NCBI GenBank assembly: GCA_027050205.1
Contig: JALUCS010000127.1
Location: 1 to 21,682 of the forward strand
Source: a candidate division WOR-3 bacterium
Lineage (GTDB): Bacteria > Hydrothermota > Hydrothermia > LBFQ01
Direction: 5' to 3'
Length of the DNA stretch: 21,682 nt
The position numbers and the translations under genes are program-made. The first letter of the stretch is position 1. Each line of letters begins with the position of its first letter. Shown here one piece after another: positions 8,726-17,826 of the stretch. A model generated the notes under the pieces. It saw only the letters and a list, made by a program, of their open reading frames with translations. It was not told where the DNA came from and did not search any database.

Positions 8726-9871
8726 TTGATGGCAAGGGGTCTCTATCTCCTGGCGGTTATAAGGTTCATCCTCGCCTTCTCCTTCTCCGTCTCGTGGCCC
8801 TTTATACCCCTTTACCTGTCCGACCGCGGCCTCTCTCCCTTTGGCGTCGGACTCTTCCTGACGTCCGCTGGCCTCTTTGGCACCCTAACCCGCCCGTTCG
8901 TCGGGGCCTTCTCCGATAGGGTGGGGAGGGTGAAGTTGATACGCCTCCTGCTGTACTACCGCTCGGCCGTCCTGTTTGCGACCTTCCTCTTCCTCCTAAG
9001 GGACGCCCCCCTATGGGGTTTCTTCCTACTCATCTTCCTCATAGTCTTAGGCTTCTCCTCCTTCATCCCCATCGCAGACTCTTACGTGGCGGAGGCCAGC
9101 GACCGCGACCACCGGGTCGTTGGCTTTGGACTCATAAGGCTGGCCATAAACGGGGGGTTCGCCCTCGGATCCTTCACGGCCTCCTTCCTGTTGAGGTACG
9201 GCTACGCTGCCCTCTTCCTCCTGTCCTCCGCTCTCGTGTTCGTCGCCGCCTCCCTATCCCTCCTCCTCAAGGAGAACCACCGTGCCTCCTTCCGACTGGG
9301 TAAGTTCCAGCTCTCACTCCCGGACGTCCGTTTCGTACTCTTCGCCGTAGCCTCTATGTCCATCTTCATAATCTCCTCCCAGCTCATCAACAACTTCAGC
9401 ATATACGCCAACCGCTTCCTCGGGATTGAGAAGAGGCTCATAGCCTACCTCTTCACCCTCAACGGGACCCTCATCCTCATCTTCCAGATACCGGCAACCG
9501 CCCTGGCCCGTCGCATCGGCTACGTCCCCTCCGTCCTCCTTGGCGTCCTGGGGTGGGCGGTGGCCTTTGCCATAACCTACCTCGCCTCCTCCTACCCCCA
9601 CCTCGTCGCCGCCGTCGTCTTTATGACCGTTTCGGAGATCCTCGTGGTCCCCGTCATCATAGCCTCGGCCTCCAACCGGGCGCCCACCGGCAGGATGGGG
9701 GCTTATATGGGGTTCTGGAGTACCTTCCAGGGGTTGGGATACACCTTTGGACCGGCCTGGGGAGGTTTCCTCTTGGACACCTTCAACCGCCTCGCCTGGC
9801 CCATTATGGCCCTCCAGTCCCTCCTTACCGGCCTCGCCCTAACCCTCCTAAGGGACCGGAGGAAGGGATAA
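8726..9871 (+). CDS. MFS transporter
   Basis: About 12 hydrophobic segments and motif A GAFSDRVGRVK. Start at TTG 8726 or ATG 8729. TAGAAT at 8712-8717. Confidence 0.9.
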   Translation: MMARGLYLLAVIRFILAFSFSVSWPFIPLYLSDRGLSPFGVGLFLTSAGLFGTLTRPFVGAFSDRVGRVKLIRLLLYYRSAVLFATFLFLLRDAPLWGFFLLIFLIVLGFSSFIPIADSYVAEASDRDHRVVGFGLIRLAINGGFALGSFTASFLLRYGYAALFLLSSALVFVAASLSLLLKENHRASFRLGKFQLSLPDVRFVLFAVASMSIFIISSQLINNFSIYANRFLGIEKRLIAYLFTLNGTLILIFQIPATALARRIGYVPSVLLGVLGWAVAFAITYLASSYPHLVAAVVFMTVSEILVVPVIIASASNRAPTGRMGAYMGFWSTFQGLGYTFGPAWGGFLLDTFNRLAWPIMALQSLLTGLALTLLRDRRKG

Positions 9872-10424
9872 CGGTAAGTCGCTTCCATCGTCCCGACTGG
9901 TATCAAAATATGATTCATTTTGGGTTAAAAATTTGGTATTTCGCTGATGAGGGGTTGCACTACCGTCATTCCGGAATGGTGAAGGATTCGGAGACTGCGT
10001 ATCCGCCAAACACCTCGTAATCCCTGGTGTGAATTTTGATGTAGCACCTTTAAACAGCCATACATATCAATTTTTGTACGAAATTTTGCTATATCAAACT
10101 TTAAACCCGCTTTTTTAACGATGAGCCAATATTACGACGCCAGGTCTCGCAGTGCATTCTAAGAGCAGGTACGGTATCCCCCCTCTAAAGGTTTGGAATC
10201 CGCCGGTAGAACGCGCATCCAAAAATCGCAATTGGACTTCAAAAAATCGGTAATCCGGATTCGGATCTTGCACCGGTAATGTGGAGGATTTCACCCTGAT
10301 GGCCCCCGGAGGTAGGCATCACTCCGCCCGCAGAATACCAAAAATCTGACAATATTACAATTGTTCTACAGATTTTTCGGTAAAACTTGAATATCATTCC
10401 CCGAATCTGGGACGAACGGGCGGT

Positions 10425-11375
10425 TCATCTCCCTCCGGCGATGTGTTCCGCCCCCTTCATCGTCAGCACCCTACCCCTCGGTGTGCGCTCTATTAGTCCC
10501 ATCCGGAGGAGGTAAGGCTCTATCACCTCCTCTATCGTCCCCTCGTCCTCGGAGAGGGCGGCGGCGAGGGTCTTCAAACCCACCGGCCCTCCTCTGAACT
10601 TCTCGTAGAGTGTCCTTAGGTAGCGGAGGTCGTCCGCCGTGAGGCCCAACTCGTCCACCCCCAACCTCTCCAACGCCTTATGGGCGACGGACAGGTCTAT
10701 CCTCCCCTTCCCTTCGGCCTGGGCGAAGTCCCTGACCCTCCGCAGGAGATTGTTGGCTATGCGGGGCGTTCCTCTGGCCCTCCGGGCTATCTCAAGGAGG
10801 GCCTCTTCGGAGGCCTCTATACCGAGGAGAGAAGCCGCCCTGCGGAGTATCTCCGCCAACTCCTCTGTGGAGTAGTAGTCCAGACGGAGGACGATACCGA
10901 ATCGGCTCCTTAGGGGTTTGGTTAAGAGACCCATACGGGTAGTGGCCCCGATGAGGGTAAAGCGGGGGAGGGGGAGCCGAACCGTCCTGGCCCCCGCCCC
11001 CTTGTCTATGACGACGTCTATGTAGAAGTCCTCCATCGCCGTGTATAGGTACTCCTCAACCGGCCTCGGTATCCGGTGGATCTCGTCTATGAAGAGGACG
11101 CCCCCCGGAGGAAGGGAGGTCAGTATCCCCGCCAGGTCCGCCGGCCTCTCAAGGGAGGGACCGGAGGAGGTCTTTATCTGGACCCCCATCTCCTTCGCTA
11201 TGAGGAAGGCGAGGGTGGTCTTACCGAGGCCGGGAGGTCCTACGAGGAGGACATGCTCCAAGGGTTCTCCCCTCTCCTTCGCCGCCCTTATGAAGACGCG
11301 TAGGTTCTCAACTACCTCCCTCTGCCCTACGAACTCCTCTAAGGTCTTGGGCCTAAGGTCTACTTCCCTCTTCAG
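10425..11375 (-). CDS. ruvB: Holliday junction branch migration helicase RuvB (probable CTG start)
   Basis: Walker A GPPGLGKTT, Walker B LFIDEIH, GATTR, LRSRFG, RGTPRIAN, GGPVG, EPYL, RTPRGR. The conserved N-terminal LRPKTLEEFVGQ lies upstream of the TTG start called at 11261. Confidence 0.95.
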   Translation of the reverse strand: MKREVDLRPKTLEEFVGQREVVENLRVFIRAAKERGEPLEHVLLVGPPGLGKTTLAFLIAKEMGVQIKTSSGPSLERPADLAGILTSLPPGGVLFIDEIHRIPRPVEEYLYTAMEDFYIDVVIDKGAGARTVRLPLPRFTLIGATTRMGLLTKPLRSRFGIVLRLDYYSTEELAEILRRAASLLGIEASEEALLEIARRARGTPRIANNLLRRVRDFAQAEGKGRIDLSVAHKALERLGVDELGLTADDLRYLRTLYEKFRGGPVGLKTLAAALSEDEGTIEEVIEPYLLRMGLIERTPRGRVLTMKGAEHIAGGR

Positions 11376-12709
11376 CGTGATAGCTCCTCCCTCGTAGCCT
11401 TCAGTGCCTCGTCCAACAGCTCAACGGCGACCTCTACATGCTCCCGCTGGACGATCAGAGGTGGGGAGAACCGCAGGGACGTGGGACCGCACCCAAGGGT
11501 TATGACGCCCCTCTTGAAGAGCTCGTACACGACGCGGTCCCTGAACTCCGGATAAGGCTCCTTGCTCTCCCTGTCCTTCACGAACTCTATCCCTATCATC
11601 AGGCCCTTACCCCTCACGTCCCCCATCTCCTCGTACTTGGCCTGAAGCTCCTTCAGGAGTTTGAGGAAGTACTCGCCCACGATGCGGGCGTTCTCCATCA
11701 GCTCCCTCTCTATAAGGTCAAGGGTCTTGAGGGCGGCGGCGGCCGCCACCGGGTTCCCTCCGAAGGTGTTGGCGTGGGCGCCCTGGGGCCAGTCCATTAT
11801 CTCCGCCTTGGCTATCATAGCCCCCATAGGGAGACCGGAGGCTATGCCCTTGGCCACACCTACGATGTCGGGGACGGTGTCCCAATGCTCTATGCCGAAC
11901 CACTTACCCGTACGGCCAAGGCCGGCCTGGACCTCGTCGGAGATGAGGAGGATACCGTACTTATCCGCCAACGCCCTCAACTTGGGGAAGAAGTCGGGCA
12001 GAGGCACTACGTACCCCCCTTCGCCCTGAATAGGCTCAACTATGAAGGCCGCCACCTCTTCGGGAGGCACTATCCTGTCAAACAGTACATGCTCTATGTA
12101 GTCTATCAGCTCGTCCGAGGCCCTCTCCGGAGGGGCGTTGAAGGGCGGACGGTACGCGTTGGGGTACGGAACGAAGAAGACGCCGGGGACGAGGGGAGAG
12201 AAGCGGGCGCGGTGCACCGTCTTGGAGGAGGTAACCGATAGGGAGCCGAAGGTACGACCGTGGAAGGAGCCTTCAAAGGCGATGAAGTACTGGCGTTTGG
12301 TGTGCCATCGGGCGAGCTTCAGGGAAGCCTCCGTGGATTCGGTGCCGGAGTTGGTGAAGAAGACCATCTGGTTGTCCCCTTCGCGGGGGAAGATCTCGGC
12401 GAGCTTCTTTGCGAGTCTCACCTCCAACTCGTGGTAGAAGTCCGTACTGACGTGGAGGAACCGCTTCAGGACCTTCTGGATCTCCCCAACCACCTCCGGA
12501 TGCAGGTGACCGGTGGAGTTCACGGCCACCCCGGCCAGCATATCCAAGAACTTGTTCCCGTCCACGTCCCAGACCCATACGCCCTCGGCGCGGTCAAAGA
12601 CCAGCTCCGGCCCCTTAGGGTAGGAGTGGGATATGTACCTGCGATGCTCCTTCAGGATCTCCTGTGCCTTCGGCCCCGGAAGGGGGGTCTTTATTTCAGG
12701 CCTCTCCAT
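11372..12709 (-). CDS. Class-III PLP-dependent aminotransferase (acetylornithine/4-aminobutyrate aminotransferase family)
   Basis: WDVDGNKFLD, NSGTES, FEGSFHGRT, EPIQGEGG, SDEVQAG, PLP lysine in VAKGIASG, NTFGGNP, DVRGKGLMIG. Substrate cannot be determined. TAGAAT lies 9 nt upstream of the ATG. Confidence 0.92.
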   Translation of the reverse strand: MERPEIKTPLPGPKAQEILKEHRRYISHSYPKGPELVFDRAEGVWVWDVDGNKFLDMLAGVAVNSTGHLHPEVVGEIQKVLKRFLHVSTDFYHELEVRLAKKLAEIFPREGDNQMVFFTNSGTESTEASLKLARWHTKRQYFIAFEGSFHGRTFGSLSVTSSKTVHRARFSPLVPGVFFVPYPNAYRPPFNAPPERASDELIDYIEHVLFDRIVPPEEVAAFIVEPIQGEGGYVVPLPDFFPKLRALADKYGILLISDEVQAGLGRTGKWFGIEHWDTVPDIVGVAKGIASGLPMGAMIAKAEIMDWPQGAHANTFGGNPVAAAAALKTLDLIERELMENARIVGEYFLKLLKELQAKYEEMGDVRGKGLMIGIEFVKDRESKEPYPEFRDRVVYELFKRGVITLGCGPTSLRFSPPLIVQREHVEVAVELLDEALKATREELSR

Positions 12710-12762
12710 AAGGAGTGTATTCTACCGCAGTTTGGGGTCCGTACGCCTTTAGAATTTCCTCT

Positions 12763-13092
12763 ATGGATTGCGTCTTCTGTAAGATAGCGAAGGGCGAGAT
12801 ACCGGCCAAGGTGGTATATGAGGACGATGAGGTCATCTCCTTTTACGACATCAACCCCAAGGCCCCAGTCCACGTCCTCGTCATACCCAAGAGGCACTTC
12901 ACCAACCTGATGGAGGAGATACCACCTCCGGTCGCCTCCGCCATCCTGCGCGGGATAAGGGAGACGGTTAAGAAACTCGGCGTTAGGGACTACAGGGTGA
13001 TAAGCAACAACGGAAGAGGGGCCGGTCAGGAGGTCTTCCACCTCCACTTCCACGTAATAGCCGGCATCACGATATCCCCGGCCACGGTGTGA
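12763..13092 (+). CDS. HIT family nucleotide hydrolase (Hint/PKCI type)
   Basis: MDCVFCKI, DINPKAPVHVLVIPK, GQEVFHLHFH histidine triad. Start ATG 12763 lies 7 nt after TAGAAT (12750-12755). Confidence 0.93.
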   Translation: MDCVFCKIAKGEIPAKVVYEDDEVISFYDINPKAPVHVLVIPKRHFTNLMEEIPPPVASAILRGIRETVKKLGVRDYRVISNNGRGAGQEVFHLHFHVIAGITISPATV

Positions 13093-13099
13093 GGGGTAC

Positions 13100-13130
13100 T
13101 TGACATTTTTCAGAATGGGGCCATTATTCT
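13100..13130 (+). promoter_or_regulatory. Putative sigma70 promoter of the 5S rRNA gene
   Basis: Perfect TTGACA at 13100-13105. Candidate -10 boxes are CATTAT (13122-13127, 16-bp spacer) or TATTCT (13125-13130, 19-bp spacer). Confidence 0.55.
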
Positions 13131-13137
13131 ATCCTTA

Positions 13138-13258
<121 letters not shown>

Positions 13259-13784
13259 CTTTTTTTATTGTGAGCCGAGCCGTACCTTCAAGGGATCCTC
13301 CGTCATACCCGTTTGTAAGGCGTTGATAGTCTGACGTTGGTGCAAGATTTCGTATCGTAGTACCAATCGCACTTCCCAAAGGCCGGTTTGATGCTGTGCG
13401 GACGTATTGATACCCAATTTCAGAAAGTCTCCGGCGTAAAGTTCCCCGGATTGACGATTTCCGTCTAAGGACAGGTCGCCCTAATTCGCAAAATCCTTAA
13501 TTGAAATTTGAAAAGATTTTAAGTGTAAGTTTAAGTTTTCTTAACCTTGATTTTCATCTTTTGAAAGGGTATTGTACGACTCCGGGGATAGGCGGAGTAT
13601 CACCCTATCGGTGCAATCCCCATCGTCCCGTCCGCGCAATGCCGGGGAGGTGTGAAGTCCGTCCCCGAACACCCTAATTGGGTCACTTATCGTCGGTATA
13701 ATACAAAGTTTAGGGCATAAATTGAGTTTTATGTCGTTAATATGAATTTTGTCGCTAAAATTATGATCTGATGAGGCTATACCC

Positions 13785-14438
13785 TCAAACTATACCCTCC
13801 GACGGTAGGATCAGGAGGTCCCGGACCCATGCGGGGTTCCTGTAGGCGTTGAAGATGGCCTCCGCAACGTCCTCCGGTTTCATCATCTTCTCCCTCTTCG
13901 GGACGTACGCGAGACCCTCCCACAGATCCGTATCCACCGCACCCGGCATAACGGTCGTCACCTTAATCCGTCCCTTAAGCTCTTCACCGAGAGCTTGGGC
14001 GAAGCCGTAGACCCCGAACTTGGTGGCGCAGTAGGCCGCCCATCCGGGGAAGGCCCTGACGGAGGCGATGGAGCCGAGGACGAAGATGTGGCCCCCCTCC
14101 CTGATGTGGGGGAGGGACGCCCTGACGGTGTTGAAGACGCCGGTTAGGTTTACGTCCAAAAGTTCCCTCCACTTCTCCGGTGGCGTATCCTCTACCCTGG
14201 CGACGTAGGCGATGCCAGCGTTAGCGACGAGGACGTCTATCGCCCCCGTCCTCTCTACGACGGTCTCAACCGCCCTGACCATCTGGTCGTAGTCCCTGAC
14301 GTCCGCCCTGATGTAGTTGAACTCCGGGAAGGACTCCCTCCTACCGGTTATAAAGACCTCAAACCCCTCGCGGGCGAACCTGCGGGCGACGGCGTAGCCT
14401 ATACCCTTGGTCCCTCCGGTTATGAAGACGCTCCGCAT
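13785..14438 (-). CDS. Short-chain dehydrogenase/reductase (SDR)
   Basis: TGGTKGIG Rossmann motif, VANAG, VNLTG, catalytic S...YCATK, PGAVDT. Start ATG 14438 lies 9 nt after TATAAT. Confidence 0.93.
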   Translation of the reverse strand: MRSVFITGGTKGIGYAVARRFAREGFEVFITGRRESFPEFNYIRADVRDYDQMVRAVETVVERTGAIDVLVANAGIAYVARVEDTPPEKWRELLDVNLTGVFNTVRASLPHIREGGHIFVLGSIASVRAFPGWAAYCATKFGVYGFAQALGEELKGRIKVTTVMPGAVDTDLWEGLAYVPKREKMMKPEDVAEAIFNAYRNPAWVRDLLILPSEGIV

Positions 14439-14447
14439 TAGGAAGGA

Positions 14448-14470
14448 ATTATAGGGTGCGACCTTAAAAT
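14448..14470. promoter_or_regulatory. Back-to-back divergent -10 elements
   Basis: TATAAT on minus (14448-14453) and TAAAAT on plus (14465-14470) within a 40-bp intergenic gap. Confidence 0.65.
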
Positions 14471-14478
14471 CACTGGCG

Positions 14479-15429
14479 ATGGAGGAGTTCCACCTCATAG
14501 TGGCCATCTACGTGTATTACACCCTGAAGTTGGGGACGGTGGAGGGGGAGTTGAGGGAGATGGCGGAGAAAATGAGGGAGACGCGAAACCTCATCCTAAG
14601 CGGGCGAAGGTGGAAGGAGATAAAGGAGAAACTTAAGGAGGTGGAGGGGGAGTTGAAGAGGCTGAAGAGGAAGTCCAAGGACGAGGAGTACCGCTCAAAG
14701 GTAGCCGTCCTTACGGTTTTCAACCAGATCCTGTGGGCGATAGCCACCTGGGAGGACGGGGACCACGAGGCCCTCATCTCCTTCCTCAAGAAGGTAAAGA
14801 GGCGGGCCTCCCGCACGGGATACTTGGAACCCCGTTTGGCCGCTCTATCCCTCCTGTCTGCTGCCCTCTTCAGGGTTAGCGGGGACGATATGAAGGGCCT
14901 TGATACCTACATCGCCGATTTGGAGGAGGCCCTTGAGAGGACGGAGCAAGACGATATCCCGACCCTACTGATGCTCCTGGAGGTACTCGCCTACCTGAAC
15001 TCCGCCCGCTCGTCGGACGACGCCTTCAAGTACGCGGTGAGGTACGCCCTCCTCGCAAAGGACAGCAGGGGTATAGAGTACGGGGTCATTATGAACAACT
15101 TCTTTACGATGATGGATGCCATCCTGATGCGTTTGGCCTACGAGGTGAAGGCGGGGAAGATGCTACCTCATACGGTGGATTGGGTGGAGGAGGCCAACAC
15201 CCTTCTGGACTGGATTGAGGGCGAGACCGAGGTCCCCGCCATGGCGGAACTCTATACGAAGGTCCTCCCCTACGCCGTCCTCCGCTCAAAGTACCTGGAG
15301 GGAGACCCCCTACGGCTCTCCGACAGGCTACGGAAGGCGGAGGAGAAGGTCCGCACGTTTATAAACCTCTTCGTAAGGAGTATGGGGGAGGACGGGGAAC
15401 CTGAAGGAGGGACCACCCTCAAGGCCTAA
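14479..15429 (+). CDS. Hypothetical alpha-helical protein
   Basis: 316-aa ORF with host-like codon usage and its own -10 element. Leu/Glu/Ala/Lys-rich with a coiled-coil-like N-terminal segment. No family recognised. Confidence 0.75.
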   Translation: MEEFHLIVAIYVYYTLKLGTVEGELREMAEKMRETRNLILSGRRWKEIKEKLKEVEGELKRLKRKSKDEEYRSKVAVLTVFNQILWAIATWEDGDHEALISFLKKVKRRASRTGYLEPRLAALSLLSAALFRVSGDDMKGLDTYIADLEEALERTEQDDIPTLLMLLEVLAYLNSARSSDDAFKYAVRYALLAKDSRGIEYGVIMNNFFTMMDAILMRLAYEVKAGKMLPHTVDWVEEANTLLDWIEGETEVPAMAELYTKVLPYAVLRSKYLEGDPLRLSDRLRKAEEKVRTFINLFVRSMGEDGEPEGGTTLKA

Positions 15430-16264
15430 GGGGCAGGAGCCTCTCCGGTTTCAGGGTACCTCCGACCACCCTACCTACACCGGCAAACTTCCCTTCGGCA
15501 TACACCCTGTAGAGTCCCTCTCCGGCGTCCGTCTTGACCCTCCCGCCGTTCAGGAAGAGCCTGGCCGCCCTACCCGACAGGTGGACCCTCCCCATCCAGT
15601 ACAGGGCCTCGTCCGTAGGTATCAGGTCTTCCCTCTCAATCTCGTCGGGGTGCTTCGCCCTATCCACCCTAAAATCGCCTATAGCCGTCCTCCTTAAGGC
15701 CACAAGGTGGCCCACCGTCCCTAACGCCCTCGCCATATCTCGGCCGAGGGACCTGACGTAGGTACCGCTCCCAACGAGGCACCTGAACCTTACGACGTTC
15801 CCCTCAAGGGCGAGTACCTCCAACTTGGCGACGTAGACCTTCCGGGGCTTCAGGGCTACCTCCTTCCCCTCCCTGGCGAGAGCGTAGGCCCTCTTACCTC
15901 CCACCTTCAGGGCGGAGAATCGGGGGGGGACCTGCTCTATGTGGCCTACGAACTGCCGGGCTACCTCCCTAACCCTCTCCAAGGTGAGTGGCGGGACCGG
16001 CGCCTCCTCCACCACCTCCCCCTCCGGGTCAAGGGTGTCTGTCTCCCTCCCCAGGGCGAGGGCAGCCTCGTACTCCTTGAGGAGTACCCTGAAGAAGGGG
16101 AAGAAGCGGGTGGCCTTACCTACACCTGCCAAGAGGAGGCCGCTGGCGAAGGGGTCCAACGTACCCTCGTACCCTCCCCTAACCCGAAGCCTCCTCTGGA
16201 GGACGTTCATAGCCTTCCGGGAGGTCCAACCCTCCGGCTTATCTAACAGAAAGAAACCGTCCAT
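15419..16264 (-). CDS. truB: tRNA pseudouridine(55) synthase TruB
   Basis: DGFFLLDKPEGWTS, GTLDPFASGLL (catalytic Asp), ETDTLDPEG, QVPPRFSALKVGGKRAY, GSGTYVRSL, LRRTAIG. Start ATG 16264. Confidence 0.95.
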   Translation of the reverse strand: MDGFFLLDKPEGWTSRKAMNVLQRRLRVRGGYEGTLDPFASGLLLAGVGKATRFFPFFRVLLKEYEAALALGRETDTLDPEGEVVEEAPVPPLTLERVREVARQFVGHIEQVPPRFSALKVGGKRAYALAREGKEVALKPRKVYVAKLEVLALEGNVVRFRCLVGSGTYVRSLGRDMARALGTVGHLVALRRTAIGDFRVDRAKHPDEIEREDLIPTDEALYWMGRVHLSGRAARLFLNGGRVKTDAGEGLYRVYAEGKFAGVGRVVGGTLKPERLLPLRP

Positions 16265-16265
16265 A

Positions 16266-16302
16266 GGGAAAAGGGAAGGGGGCGCCCAGAGGCACCCCCC
16301 TT
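16266..16302 (-). terminator. Intrinsic-terminator-like hairpin after the FG-GAP gene
   Basis: Minus strand GGGGGTGCC-TCTG-GGCGCCCCC (9 bp with one G-U) followed by TTCCCTTTT. Confidence 0.55.
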
Positions 16303-16306
16303 TCAA

Positions 16307-17797
16307 CTACCTCCTTACGAGTTTCAGGCTCTTTCCGGCGAACCTTACGACGTACACTCCCTTAGGTAGGTGGGAGAGGTCTATCCGCTCCCTACCGGAG
16401 ACCTCCTCGGAGAAGGCCACCCTACCCATCCGGTCGTACACCTTCAGGATGCCCTTGCCGGAGACGAGGACGGTACTCCCCTCCACCCTCAAGGTGGGGG
16501 ATACTTCAACTGCTTCGGCTACGTCCGTAGGGTCGTCGTAGGCGAGGGGACACACGCCCCATGCGGTTATGTGGCAGGAGTAGTCCCCGACAGCGAAGGC
16601 GAGGGCGGAGGACAGCTTGAGGACCACCACCTCGGACGTGATGGAGTAGGGTGTGGTACCGTAGGAGCCTACGAGGCTCATGCTCAAGCCGTCCAAGAGG
16701 CCAACGTTATACCTACCGACGGGGGCCAGGACGTCGGGGAAGAAGTCTCCGGTCAGGTCTACGAGGGTGGGGGGATAGCCGTTCCCCTCGTGGCCGTTCA
16801 CACCGAACCCCGTACTCTGGGCAAGGAGGGAGCCGTCCGTCCCCTTATACACGAAGACTTCGCCATCGTGGATGACCCAGACGTCCTCAAGACCGTCCCC
16901 GTCGTAGTCGGCGAGGGCGACAGGGGAACCGTTGGAGTACCCGCTTACGTTCCAAACCTGCACCCATCCGAAGATGAAACCCCTGTACTTATAGACGGAG
17001 ACCGACGTAGCCGTCGGGACCACCACCTCGTCCTTACCATCCCCGTCCAGGTCTCCGAGGGCCACCGTGTAGTCGGGCCATATGTTTATGGAGGAGGGGA
17101 CGCCGGCGGAGAAGGAGCTGTGCAAACTGCCAGAGATGGCGTCTAAGACGTAGATGTCGCCGTTGGAGAGGGGATAGACGACCTCAAGGTCACCGTCCCC
17201 GTTCACGTCCCCCAAGGCCGGAGCGTAGGCGGTATCCGGGAGGGTGTAGGTCCAGAGGGGTGAGTAGGAGGTGGCGCATCCGTCTACGGCCACCGCCTCG
17301 GACAGGAAGGAGGTATAGACCTCCGGACAGCCGCTGCTGTCGGCGTCGGCTATGGCCGGCGAGGGTCCCCTACCGTCGGCCTTGTCGTACTGATAGACGA
17401 GGCTCCCCGTTGCTATGTCCAACACCCTGAAGTATCCGTTGCCGTTGGCGAAGACGTAGGAGTCGGAGGCGGCGAGAGAAGCTATACCGGGTCCAGGGAA
17501 GTAGTCGCCGCGATTCTCCCAGATCGTATCCCTTGCTACGGGGTCTATGGCCATCACACCGCCGTTGGAGGAGGACTGCTGGGCGCCCAAGATATCAACG
17601 GCGTCGTCGCCGTTTACGTACATCCCTATGATGCTCTCGTCTATAGAGCCGTGCTGGATGTCAAACAGTTTGGCGGGCGTCGTGCTGCACTGGGCGGGCC
17701 ACCGGTAAAATCCGGTTCGCCTGTAATCGTGTCTGTACTGCGGCCAAGCATCGCTACCCGGCCCGTACAGGCTCTGGCTGACGAGCAACCATATCAT
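16307..17797 (-). CDS. FG-GAP/PQQ-like beta-propeller protein with a Por/T9SS-type C-terminal sorting domain
   Basis: WPQYRHDYRRTG N-terminal motif. Repeats DVNGDGDLE, DLDGDGKDE, DYDGDGLED, DLTGDFFPD. C-terminus VYDRMGRV...LPKGVYVV...KLVRR. Start ATG 17797 lies 7 nt after TATAAT (17805-17810). Confidence 0.85.
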   Translation of the reverse strand: MIWLLVSQSLYGPGSDAWPQYRHDYRRTGFYRWPAQCSTTPAKLFDIQHGSIDESIIGMYVNGDDAVDILGAQQSSSNGGVMAIDPVARDTIWENRGDYFPGPGIASLAASDSYVFANGNGYFRVLDIATGSLVYQYDKADGRGPSPAIADADSSGCPEVYTSFLSEAVAVDGCATSYSPLWTYTLPDTAYAPALGDVNGDGDLEVVYPLSNGDIYVLDAISGSLHSSFSAGVPSSINIWPDYTVALGDLDGDGKDEVVVPTATSVSVYKYRGFIFGWVQVWNVSGYSNGSPVALADYDGDGLEDVWVIHDGEVFVYKGTDGSLLAQSTGFGVNGHEGNGYPPTLVDLTGDFFPDVLAPVGRYNVGLLDGLSMSLVGSYGTTPYSITSEVVVLKLSSALAFAVGDYSCHITAWGVCPLAYDDPTDVAEAVEVSPTLRVEGSTVLVSGKGILKVYDRMGRVAFSEEVSGRERIDLSHLPKGVYVVRFAGKSLKLVRR

Positions 17798-17826
17798 AGC
17801 ACGAATTATAAGGTCGCAATTGGGGG

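Noticed and set aside
9553..10020. 155-aa ORF overlapping the MFS 3' end, including a 36-codon tail from ATG 9910
   Set aside because: Mostly out-of-frame overlap. The tail has atypical codon usage and no SD or well-placed -10.
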